Shown here: positions 1 to 11,403 of the stretch, in pieces
How positions within the stretch are numbered: the stretch's first letter is position 1
Layout: the number at the start of each line of letters is the position of its first letter
Assembly (NCBI GenBank): GCA_030390025.1
Contig: CM059440.1
Span: forward strand, 52,700,001-52,764,000
Direction: 5' to 3'
Source: Squalus acanthias
Taxonomy: Eukaryota
Length of the DNA: 64,000 nucleotides
The notes under the pieces: model-generated
What the model was told of the DNA's origin: nothing
Databases searched by the model: none
The model's input: only the letters and a program-made list of their open reading frames with translations
Position numbers and translations under genes: made by a program

Positions 1-419
1 CTATAATCTCTTCGCCTCGGGGCAACTGCAGTTTATGTCCTGCACAAGGATATGCAGGAACTCCCCCAACACCACCCCACCACAGAAAGACAAGTCAGTC
101 TGTTCCCAGGATTTCACATTTAGCCAGCAGAGGGAATGATCCAGCAAAGAGCGCAGAACATGACGCACAGTAGTTCCTTCACTGTTTTTGAAGAAGTACT
201 TTGGTAGGAGGACACAGAAAATTAGGCAAGTGCTGCAAAAATGCAAGTTGTTGTGGAGTTAAGTGTAATTTCAGTGCGTTACTATTTCCACTCTTGCCCG
301 CCCTAGGTTTTATCTCTTCCTGCTTGAGGTGGCCTCCTGGAACTTCTCGCACACCAACTGTTGACAGGAAACCACGAGCAAAGATACTGAACTACATGAA
401 ATCGCAACGTTTACAAGAT

Positions 420-542
420 ATGGGCCACGCGGTCCATTCAAAAGTCCGCGCATGCGCATTTTCTTTCAATTAAAAAGCCGGCTCAGCGGCTGCGCGGAAC
501 CCCTGGAGCGCTGCGCAGCCGCGCAACTTAAAGCGAACATTG
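420..542. mobile_element. Partial hAT-type MITE (right end only)
   Basis: Ends in TTAAAGCGAACATTG, matching the terminal ...AGGGAACATTG of the intact MITEs at 39121, 41706 and 62550; similar GC-rich interior; left TIR not found. Confidence 0.5.
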
Positions 543-1073
543 ATCATTTGACCATACCTCCAGGAATACCTCCAACCAGAGTTGGCAAAGCTAGTCAGAC
601 TCCTGTAACAGCATGCCATTTCCCATTACCCGCCCCGGTGGTGAGCTCCCAGAGCTGGCAGTACAGCCAGGAGCCCGACCAAACTATTTAAGTTAAGCTG
701 AGCCCAAAGGATTTGCTGGGGTCAGCACCAGCTCACTGAGGTAGGCAGAAGTTGTGCATCACCGCAATTCCGCTGCCGATTGAGCTAGAGAGGATATTCT
801 AGGCCACCATGATTCTATTGAGTAGCCTGACTGAAAACTGACAAACCTTGTTAATTTGAGGTAAGCAATCTGGAATGATGGGCTCAAAGTTGTGCCTTAC
901 CAACACCCACTGTCTTGGTTACCACATGAAGAATGACAGATTCAGCAATGGTTCCACACAAATTGGTTGAGCTCAAAGCTGTGAAGATTTAGTGCAAACC
1001 TTGGGAATGGATAAGAAATTGGCTGAAGGATAGAAAACAATTGGGGGAGTTAGGTTAAGGTTGGGGTAACCTC

Positions 1074-1487
1074 GTCTACATGCTGCCCCTTGGCGACACC
1101 ATCCGAAAACACAGCGTCAGTTCCACATGTATGCTGACGACACCCAGCTCTACCTCACCACCACCTCTCTCGACCCCTCCACTGTCTCTAAATTGTCTGA
1201 CTGCTTGTCCGACATCCAGTACTGAATGAGCAGAAATTTCCTCTAAATAAACATTGAGAAGACCAAAGCCATTATCTTCAGTCCCCGCCACAAACTCCGT
1301 TCCCTAGCTCCATCTCCATCCCGACTCCATCCCTCTCCCTGCCAACTTTCTGAGGCTGAACCAGTCTGTTTGCAACCTTGGTGACATTTTTGACCCCGTG
1401 ATGGACTTCTGACCACATATCTGCGCCATCACTAAGACCACCTATTTCCACCTCCGTAACATCGCCCTACTCCGCCCCTGCCTCAGC
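1074..1487 (+). mobile_element. L2-clade LINE fragment (RT core)
   Basis: Reads [26 protein letters not shown], typical of L2 RT; frameshifted. Confidence 0.8.
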
Positions 1488-1940
1488 TGAGTGGGTAGCA
1501 CACTCGCCTCTTAGTTCAGAAGGTTGTGGGTTCAAGTCCCACTCCAAGGACTTGAGCACATAAAGCTAGGCTGACACTCCAGTGCAGTGCTGAGGGAGTG
1601 CTGCACTGTCGGAGGTGCCATCTTTCAGATGAGACGTTAAACCGACGCCCTGTCTGCTCTGCCAGGTGGATGTAAAAGATCTCAAGGCACTATTTTGAAC
1701 AAGAGCAGGGGAGTTCTCCCCGGTGTCCTGGCCAATAGTTATCCCTCAATCCACGTAACAAAAACAGATTATCTGGTCATTATCACATTGCTGTTTGTGG
1801 GAGCTTGCTGTGCACAAATTGGCTGCCGCGTTTTCTCACATTACAACAGTGACTCCACTTCAAAAAGTACTGCATTGGCTGTAAAGTGCTTTGAGACGTC
1901 TGGCGCCATAGAAATGCAAGTCTTTCTTTCTTTCTTCTTT
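1488..1940 (+). mobile_element. tRNA-derived Deu-domain SINE (SacSINE1-like), near full length
   Basis: tRNA-like head with B-box GGTTCAAGTCC, conserved body repeated many times in the window, L2-like tail ...GGCGCCATAGAAATGCAAGTCTTTCTTT. Confidence 0.75.
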
Positions 1941-3414
1941 CAATTATGTATGGCCTCTGGAGTGATGATAAACTCTCCCAATACCAAAGCCCAGTGGGAT
2001 GTGTCTTGTCTTGAGAGCGCTCCATCCGTAGAAAGGGACAGATGGGCGTGTGCAGGACATAAATAGGCAGTTGGCCTGAGGAGAAGAGATTATAGGTGAT
2101 TACACAATGCTATGACGTAATTTGCATTGAAATATATGGTAAGAACTGTTCCTTGTACATTGCTACAGCTAGAATTAACATGATTATAAATTCAGATATC
2201 GGAAGAAAAATTCTAAGCATCCGTTGGTTTTTTGTAAAGTCAGTTTCAATTCCTGTTAAAAAAAATGAAAATGAGTTATGGCAATGCTTTCAGTGCTAGT
2301 TTGAGTTTCTTTGCCAACACATTTTAAATTAACAAATTGACTTTAAAAAAAGTGACCTTGAATAAGCTGGTAATAAATTAGAAGTTAAAGTTGAGGCTGG
2401 GAAGGATCACATTGTTTCAGTACTGGTTTAATGATTCAGCTCGATATCCACACCTGTACCCAGCGCCATCAGTGTCACTTAGAAGAATATTTTTCTTCCC
2501 AGAACATTGGAAAATATTCCTTCTATTTTTTTTTTAAAAAGGAAACTCATAATTAGAGGCTATCTGCTCAAATTAATGTTTACAAAAAGCATTTTTAAAG
2601 TTTTATAATTGCACAACTCACACCCTTCTGTAATATTATGGGGCTTCACTATTGGGTGATTTATAGTAACTAAGTTGGAACTGAATTAATGGCCGCGATT
2701 TTGCCAGCACTCAGTGCAGGTTCGGAGGCGGATCCGCTGTCAAAATCCTTGTTCTTATGTTCACGTCATTCAGAGATCACGTCAAGTAAGTACGTCGGGT
2801 TCTCTATGTCTCCCCATTGCTGTGAATAGGTGACAGCTGCAAAAGTGGTATGAAAGCTACCATTTCACAGCTGTTCACTTTCCAATGTCAGAAGCTTGAG
2901 CCTTCAGGACTTGGAAGACACTTTTGAGCTTTATGTAGTTTGGAAGTGTTTGGAGTAAACTCTCTATCCACTGTCACCTCCTTGGAGCAAGCTCTCTCAC
3001 CATTGACAGATCGCTTCTGTCATCTCAATTTCAGCCGCCATCTATTCCAGCGACATCGGTGCCCTTGAAAAAATGTCACCTTGGACCTCTGAATCCCACC
3101 ACGATCAGCCCCAGCACCAACATCACCAACAACAATATCAACCTTCTCCGCAATCACCTGATGCTGCACAGGACACAGGGCATCAGCACCCGACAACTTT
3201 GCTGCCCGGGAGGCCAGCGATGGCCTCACCATGGCCAGATTTACTTCACTTGATGCTGTACACACTGGCTGCCACATGATGCACCAGGTTGACACCACCC
3301 CACACCAGCACCATACAGCATCCCTACAATGTCCAAGCCATTCCTTTCACACTCATCACAATTGTGGGCGGGGGAGGAGGTTATGTCTCAACATTCACTG
3401 GAACTCACTAAGAC

Positions 3415-6324
3415 TAAAAAATAGGACCTCAAAAGGTAGTAATCTCAGGATTGCTACCAGTGCCATGCGCTAGTCAGAGTAGAAATAGAAGGATATTTCA
3501 GATGAATACGTGGCTAGAGGAATGGTGCAAGGGGGAGGGATTCAAATTCCTGGGACATTGGAACCGGTTCTGGGGGAGGTGGGACCAGTACAAACTAGAC
3601 GGTTTGCACCTGGGCGGGACCGGGTCCGATGTCCTAGGGGAAGTGTTTGCTAGTGCTCTTGGGGAGGGTTTAAACTAAAATGGCAGGGGGTTGGGAACCT
3701 GTGCAGGGAGACAGAGGAAAGGGAAGCAAGGATAGAAGCAAAAGACAGGAAGGAGAAAAGCAAAAGTGGCAGTCAGAGAAATCAAGGGTGTAAATCAATC
3801 ATGGCCACAGTAAATAATAATTCTAAAAGGTCTAAGAGTGTTAAAAAAAAAAGCCTGAAGGCTTTGTGTCTTAATGCGAGGAGCATTCGTAATAAGGTGG
3901 ATGAATTAGCTGTGCGAATTGATGTAAACGGATATGATATAATTGGGATTATGGAGACATGGCTCCAGGGTGACCAAGGCTGGGAATTTAACATCCAGGG
4001 GTATTCAATATTCAGGAAAGACAGGCAAAAAGGAAAAGGAGGTGGGGTAGCATTGCTGGTTAACGAGGAGATTAACACAATAGTAAAGAAGGATATTAGC
4101 TCTGATGATGTGGAATCTGTATGGGTAGAGCTGAGAAATACCAAGGGGCAGAAAACGTTAGTGGGAGTTGTATACAGACCCCCAAACAGTAATGCTGAGG
4201 TTGGGGATGGCATTAAATGGGAAATTAGAGACGCGTGCAATAAGGGCACAGCAGTTATCATGGGTGACTTTAATCTACATATAGATTGGGCTAACCAAAT
4301 TAGTAACAATACTGTGGAGGAAGAATTCCTAGAGTGTATACGGGATGGTTTCCTGGACCAATATGTCGAGGAACCAACTAGAGATCAGGCCATCTTAGAC
4401 TGGGTATTATGTAATGAGAAAGGATTAATTAGCAATCTTGTTGTGCGAGGCCCCTTGGGGAGGAGCGATCATAATATGATAGAATTCTTCATTAAGATGG
4501 AGAGTGAAGTATTTGACTCAGAAACTAGGGTCCTGAATTTAAATAAAGGAAACTGCAATGGTATGAGGCGCGAGTTGGCTAGGATGGATTGGGGAACGTT
4601 ACTTAAAGGGTTGACGGTAGATAGGCAATGGCAAACATTTAAAGATCGCATGGATGAACTACAGAATTTGTTCATCCCTGTTTGGCATAAAAATTAAACA
4701 AAAAAGGTGACTCAACCGTGACTAACAAGGGAAATTAGGGATAGCATAAGATCCAAGGAGATGACATAAAAATTGGCCAGAAAAAGCAGCAAACTTGATG
4801 ATTGGGAGCAGTTTAGGATTCAGCAAAGGAAAATTCTATAGACTCTGGAACAGTTCCCATGGATTGGAGGGTAGCTAATGTAACCCCACTCTTTAAAAAA
4901 GGTGGTAGAGAGAAAACGGGGAATTATAGACCGGTAAGCCTGACATTGGCAGTGGGGAAAATGCTAGAGTCCATTATAAAAGATGTAATAACAGAGCACT
5001 TGGAAAACAGTGACAGGATCGGGCAAAGTCAACGTGGATTTACAAAAGTTAAATCATGCTTGACTAATCTATTGGAATTTTTTGAGGATATAACTGGTAG
5101 AATAGATAAGGGAGAACCAGTGGATGTGGTGTATTTGGACTTTCAGAAGGCTTTCGATAAGGTCCCGCATAAGAGATTAGCTTGCAAAGTTAAAAGCACA
5201 TGGGATTGGGGGTAAGGTACTGACTTGGATAGAAAACTGGTTGGCAGACAGGAAGCAAAGAGTTGGAATAAACGGATCTTTTTCCGAGTGGCAGGCAGTG
5301 ACTAGTGTGTACCGCAGGGATCGGTGCTAGGACCCCAGTTATTCACAATATATATTAATGATCTAGACGAGGGAACTAGATGTAATATCTCCAAGTTTGC
5401 AGACGACACAAAGCTGGGTGGGCGTGTGTGCTGTGAGGAGGATGCAGAGAAACTCCAGTATGATTTGGACAGGTTGGGTGATTGGGCAGATGCAGTATAA
5501 TATGGATAAATGCGAGGTTATCCATTTTGGTGGCAAAAACAGGAAGGCAGATTATTATCTGAACGGCAATAGATTGGGAAAAGGGGAAGTGCAACGAGAC
5601 CTGGGTGTCCTTGTGCACCAGTCGCTGAAGGTAAGCATGCAGGTGCAGCAGGCGGTTAACAAGGCAAATGGTATGTAGGCCTTCATAGCGAGAGGATTCG
5701 AGTACTAGAGCAAGGATGTCTTGCTGCAGTTGCACAGGGCTTGGTGAGACCACACCTTGAGTATTGCGTGCAGTTTTGGTCGCCTTATCTGAGGAAGGAT
5801 GTTCTTGCCATGGAGGGAGTGCAGCAAAGATGCACCAAACTGATACCTGGGATGGCAGGAATGACGTATGAAGAGAGATTGGGTCGATTGGGCTTGTATT
5901 CACTAGAGTTTAGAAGAATGAGAGGGGATCTCATTGAAACTTATAAAATTCTAACAGGACTATACAGACTAGATGCAGGAAGGATGTTCCCGATGGCAGG
6001 GGAGTCCAGAACCAGGGGTCACAGTCTAAGGATAAGGGGTAAGCCATTTAGGACTGAATTGAGAAGGAATTTCTTCACCTAGAGAATGGTGAACCTGTGG
6101 AATTCTCTACCACAGAAGGCAGTTGAGGCCAATTCATTAAATATATTCAAGAAGGAGTTAGATAAATTTCTTCAGGCTAAAGGGATCAAGGGATATGGGG
6201 AGAAAGCAGGGACAGGGTACTGAATTTGGATGCTCAGCCATGATCTCATTAAATGGCGGAACAGGCTCGAGGGGCCGAATGGCCTACTCCTGCTCCTATC
6301 TTCTATGTTTCTATGTTTATGTTT
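3415..6324 (+). mobile_element. CR1 LINE, 5'-truncated with internal deletion
   Basis: ORF1 esterase C-terminus (DGLHL), APE endonuclease (3801-4697), RT fragments, (TTCTATG)-type tail; CTAAGAC at 3408-3414 and 6325-6331 as possible TSD; very similar to the 29957-34362 copy. Confidence 0.92.
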
Positions 6325-6669
6325 CTAAGACACTTCCAAAGGTGAGCATAGATCTGTCCAATAAAGTAAAGTATTGAAAATATAGATTTCAATGTTTGAC
6401 AACACATTAACAGAAACTTCTCAGGAACATTGGCTAAACTTCCCAGGTGCCTACTCTTGTGTGTTGTTAGTTGGTATGATTGTACTAGGATGAGGGTGAG
6501 TGTGTGGGGTGGTTAGTGATATGGGGAAGTAATAATGTAGATCGAGAGGGTTGGGTGGAAGTGCAAGGTAAGTTGGTGTGAGTAAAGATGTGCAGGAGTA
6601 GGGTAGGGAGGGCAGAGTGATGGGGGTGTGATGAGTGGCACAGCAGGATGAGGTTGAGTGTGGCTTGGC

Positions 6670-6900
6670 AGTAACGTTTCGTGATCTGCTCAGATCATTG
6701 AAAGGTTTGCGCCACTGCAGCCTGGTCCTCCTGACGACATCCCTGCTTGTGCCCTCCTGTACAATGTGCAACCAGGCTGCGTTGATGTCCTGTGGAGGTC
6801 TCTTCTGCCTATTGGAAGGGAAGAGAACCTCCCTGCATGTAGGATTCCCTCCATAAGCATATGGAGGGAGTCATGGGAGAGTCTGGCTGCAGCTGTGCAC
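6670..6900 (-). pseudogene. Harbinger Myb/SANT-like (trihelix) ORF remnant
   Basis: Minus strand reads ARLSHDSLHMLMEGI..(fs)REVLFPSNRQKRPPQDINAAWLHIVQEGTSRDVVRRTRLQWRKPFNDLSRS, matching the Harbinger ORF2 pattern W..IA.EV....RT..QCRKRFNDL. Confidence 0.7.
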
Positions 6901-7559
6901 CTTTGTGCAGTGCTTGTCAGTGTTTGCAGCACCTCAATGCTGTAGAACACTGACAGCAGAAATGTCAAGATCAATTTGGACATGGCCCCTTTAAGGAAAC
7001 CGGCTGCTAACACGTCATCAAATGATGTCATCAGACCCACTTCCTATTAATTGGCCGGGTACCTCGCAGGGCGGGCTTAACAAGCCCAATTAATGAAAAA
7101 TCACTTGGAGAGTGCGGGCTGCAGTAGGCAGCGGGCTGGGACCGCGACACCGACTCCAACTGCCCCGGATGGCAAAATCGCGACCATAATGTTTGACCAA
7201 TTTAGTAATCGCTGGGTGACAAACCTTCATTATTGATGTAACTGTGTGCGCACGGAGGGAGGGATCCTGTCAGAATAATTACTGAGCGGGACTCGGAGAT
7301 GAACAGCACTATATATATCTATATATATATACATAGATTCAATTATTGTATCTACTATTCAAGACCGCGTTTCACTGTGACTAGGTAGGGGAGGGAACGT
7401 GTTTCGAGTGAGAGAAATTGTTACGTGTAGAGAAATTGTTACCGTCTCCCATTTCAACTGCGAACCTCCCATCTGACATATTTTGCTCAGTTAGGTCGAG
7501 TCCTTTTGTTCAGATAGGTTGAAACTTGATCATCCAATTCAGTTAGACGCCTAACAACA

Positions 7560-8075
7560 TAAACTGGCAGTACTACAGCAATAACTTACATTTATGGCGT
7601 GCCTTCAACATAGCTAAATGTCCCAGTGCACGTCACACAGGCGTGGCCATCAGAAATAGACACGCAGCCCAAAGTAGGTAATATTAACCAAAAGCTTTGT
7701 CACAGTGGTAGGTTTTAAGGAGGGTCTTAAAGGAGGAGGTGGAAAGATGGAGGGATTTAGGGAGGGATTTCCAGAGCATGGAGCCTTGGGAGACTGAAGC
7801 CACGACTGCCAATATGGGACGCTGGGAGGGTGGGGTGGGGGGGGAATGCACAAGAGGCCGGAGTCGGAGGAACAGAGAATTTGGGGGTGGGGGTTGTGGG
7901 GTCACAGAAGGCTGTAGAGATTGGGAGGGGCAAAGGCATGAAAGGAATTCAATATAAGGATGGGAATTTTAAATCGGAGGCAATGGGAGACTGGGAGCCA
8001 ATGTAGATCGGGGGTGATGGGTCAGTGAGACGTGATGTGGGATAGGATATGGGCAGCAGAGGTTTGGATAAAAGA
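7560..8075 (-). mobile_element. L2 LINE 3' fragment
   Basis: Minus ORF LWKSLPKSLHLSTSSFKTLLKTY..DKAFG is the L2 ORF2 C-terminus, followed by an L2 tail. Confidence 0.7.
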
Positions 8076-8721
8076 AGTATACAGAGGGTGGGTGATGGGT
8101 AGCCATCAAAGGATTTAGAAGACGCTCCATAAATGGAAGTTTTTTCCCCTTTCTTAAACTACTTACGTTGTAGTGAAACAACAAAGGCAGATGTGTTGTG
8201 ACTGTTACCAGGGTACTGAGGGTGGAACTCAAGACGTTTGAGGTATCAACAATGCTTTGATTTGATTGCCCAGAAACATTCCAGGGATTTTTGTAACTTC
8301 AGTAAATTACGAGCTTTTAATACTCCACTAGTAATATTTCCCATTACTGTTTAAACAAGAATGATAATATTCAATTGAAGACTGATACATTTTGTTCATT
8401 TAACATGATTTTACTGGTCAGATGTTGGGCTTGAAGCTCAGTTTGCAGACTCAGTTACTACTCCCTCGGTCATAATTGTACTTTCCGAGTCTAGTTTTCA
8501 TTCTCTCATCCTGCAAACACATAGGCATCATACCCATCCAACATAACAAGTCTAACCACGCACTCCACCCGAGACTACAGCCTGTGTCACTCTTTCCAAA
8601 CACCTGACTCCTAATATTTCCCCAGTGTTGACTGTGTGAACATTTGTCACGGGGGAATTAGTGCATTTCTGGCTGCAGTATTGATCATGTGGTAGAGACC
8701 GCGTTACATTACCTTACATCA

Positions 8722-9428
8722 TACATTCAATGGCATGACCATCGGCGAATCCTCCACCATCAACATCCTGGGGGTCACCATTGACCAGAAACTTAACTGG
8801 ACCAGCCACATAAATACTGTGGCAACAAGAGCAGGTCGGAGGCTGGGTATTCTGTGGCGAGTGTCTCACCTCCTGACTCCCCAAAGCCTTTCCACCATCT
8901 ACAAGACACAAGTAAGGAGTGTGATGGAATACTCTCCACTTGCCTGGATGAGTGCAGCTCCAACAACACTCAAGAAGCTTGACACCATCCAGGACAAAGC
9001 AGTCCGCTTGATTGGCACCTCATCCACCACCTTAAACATTCACTCTCTCCACCACTGGCGTACCGTGGCTGCAGTGTGTACCATCTACAAGATGCACTGC
9101 AGCAACTCGCCAAGGCTTCTTCGGTAGCACCTCCAAAAGCTCTTCCACCTAGAAGGACAAGGGCAGCAGGCGCATGGGAACACCACCAGCTCCAAGTTCC
9201 CCTCCAAGTCACACACCATCCTGACTTAGAAGTATATCGCCGATCCTTCATCGTCGCTGGGTCAAATTCCTGGAACTCCCTATTCAACAGCACTGTGGGA
9301 GTACCTTCACCACAGACTGCAGCGGTTCAAGAAGTCGGCTCACCACCACCTTCTCAAGGGCAATTAGGGATGGGCAATAAATGCTGGCTTTGTCAGAGAC
9401 GCCCACATCCCATAAATGAATTTAAAAA
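8722..9428 (+). mobile_element. CR1-group LINE 3' fragment (second family, same as 36588-38243)
   Basis: ILGVTIDQKLNWTSHINTVATRAGRRLGIL...VRSVMEYS; near-identical to 37560-38240. Confidence 0.8.
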
Positions 9429-9429
9429 A

Positions 9430-9885
9430 TATGAGGTTATACCTATCAGGAAAGGATGAACAGGCTGGGTCTCTTTTCTCTTGAAAAGAGAAGGCTGAGT
9501 GGTGACCCAATTGAGGGCTTTAAAATTATGACAGGTTTTGATAGAGTGGATACAGAGAGAGTGTTTCCACTTGTGGGGAAGAGCAAAGCTCAGGGCCATC
9601 AATATAAGATAGTCACCAAGAAATCAAATAGGGAATTCAGAAGAAACTTCTTTACCAAGAGAGTGGTGAGAATGTGGAACTCACCACCACAGGGAGTGGT
9701 TGAAGCAAATAGTATAGATGCATTTGAGGGGAGGCTAGATAAGCATATGAGGGAGAAGGGAATGGAGGGTTATGCTGATAGAGTTAGCTGAGGAAAGACG
9801 GGAGGAGGCTCGAGTGGAGCATAAACGCCGGCATGGACTGGTTGGGCTGAATGGCCAGTTTCGTGCTGTATATCCGATGTAATCC
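9430..9885 (+). mobile_element. CR1 LINE 3' fragment
   Basis: LGLFSLEKRRL...FFTKRVVRMWNS C-terminus followed by 3'UTR. Confidence 0.85.
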
Positions 9886-10069
9886 AAAATTTCATCCTCC
9901 TTTACATTATTAGTGGGGTGGATCTCCACACTGGCCATCCAGATCTGCTTAAAACATTAGGAGGAATCATCATAGTACTCCAATAAAAATATCACAGTGT
10001 TAGAGCAAGGTTTCAGTTTTAATATTCAAACAGGGTATCCTGATGTGGGCTAATACACCACCTAGTGTA

Positions 10070-11015
10070 GGAACATAGGAACAGGAGTAGGCCATTCAGC
10101 CCCTCGAGCCTGTTCCGCCATTCAATGGGATCATGGCTGATCTGTGACCTAACTCCATATACCCGCCTTTGGCCCATATCCCTTAATACCATTGGTTAAC
10201 AAAAAGCTATCAATCTCCGATTTAAAATTAACAATTGATCTAGCATCAATTGCAGTTTGCAGAAGAGAGTTCCAAACTTCTACCACCCTTTGTGTGTAGA
10301 AGTGTTTCCTAATTTCACTCCTGAAATGTCTGGCTTTAATTTTAAACTATGTCCCCTAGTCCTAGAATACCCAACCAGCGGAAATAGTTTCTCTCTATCT
10401 ACCCTATCCGTTCCCCTTAATATCCTGAAAACTTTGATCAGATCACCCCTTAACCTTCTACATTCTCGGGAATGCAACCCTAATTTGCGTAATCTCTCCT
10501 CGTAATTTAACTCTTGGAGTCCGGGTATCATTCTCGTAAACCTAAGCTGCACTCCCTTCCTGAGGTGTGGTGTCCAAAGCTGCTCACAGTACTTCAGGTG
10601 TGGTCTAACCAGGGTTTTGTATAGCTGCAGCATAACTTCTACCCCCTTGTACTCTAGTCCTCTAGATATAAAGGCCAGCATCCCATTAGCCTTTTTGATT
10701 ATTTTCTGTACCTGTTCATGACATTTTAATGATCTAAGTACCTGAATCCCCAAGTCTCTTTGGACCTCCACTGTTTTTAGCTTTTCACCATTTAGAAAGT
10801 ACCCTGATCTATCCTTTTTAGGTCCAAAGTGGATGACCTCACATTTGCTTACATTGAAATCCATTTGCCACAGTTTTGCCCATTCACTGTCGATATCCCT
10901 TTGTAATTTTATGCTTTCATCTACACTGCCTACAATGCCGCCCATCATCAGCAAATTTCGATATATGACTTTCTATGCCATCGTCTAAGTCATTAATAAA
11001 TATTGGGAATAGTCC
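10070..11015 (-). mobile_element. CR1 LINE 3' fragment
   Basis: Minus ORF 10280-10954 is the CR1 ORF2 C-terminus (FNVSKCEVIHFG, LVRPHLKYC); tail at ~10070. Confidence 0.88.
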
Positions 11016-11237
11016 CTGGGGATCTGCTGGGGAATTGATGTGTGGGGGATTAGAGCGGAGAAAATTTGAATGAAAAATAAGGGGAAAATGTGACTTAGTT
11101 GCGCATCAGTAAAAAGCATCACAATATTTAGGTACTTGTAATAAAATTTTGGCCAACGTGAGAAATGGGAAGTGTGTGGCTTTCAGAACAGGAATTTTCA
11201 GAATTGTTAGCAAACAGCCTTACTCTGTTTAATGATC

Positions 11238-11380
11238 ATGATGCGGAGATGCCGGTGTTGGACTGGGGTGGACAAAAGTGAGAAGTCGCACAACATCAGG
11301 TTATAGTCCAACAGTTTTATTTGAAATCACAAGCTTTCGGAGCTGCTGCCCCTTCACCTGATGAAGGGGCAGCAGCTTCA
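11238..11380 (-). mobile_element. Inverted Penelope-type terminal (pLTR) fragment with split hammerhead
   Basis: Perfect 16-bp inverted repeat 11341-11356/11362-11377; CTGATGA on +, stem II-GAAA-GCTT on -, AATAAA on -. Confidence 0.65.
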
Positions 11381-11403
11381 AGGATCGCAAGCTTCAACAA
11401 CTC

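Larger units (their letters stand above)
2690..7186. mobile_element. PIF/Harbinger DNA transposon (decayed), interrupted by a CR1
   Basis: 17-bp TIRs TGGCCGCGATTTTGCCA / TGGCAAAATCGCGACCA (1 mismatch), TAA TSD at 2687-2689 and 7187-7189, internal Myb/SANT remnant on minus. Confidence 0.8.

Noticed and set aside
1488-1550. tRNA-like sequence
   Set aside because: It is the SINE head; no complete cloverleaf.
3020-3473. Q/H-rich short ORFs inside the Harbinger element as transposase
   Set aside because: No DDE/HARBI1 motifs recognisable; low-complexity sequence.
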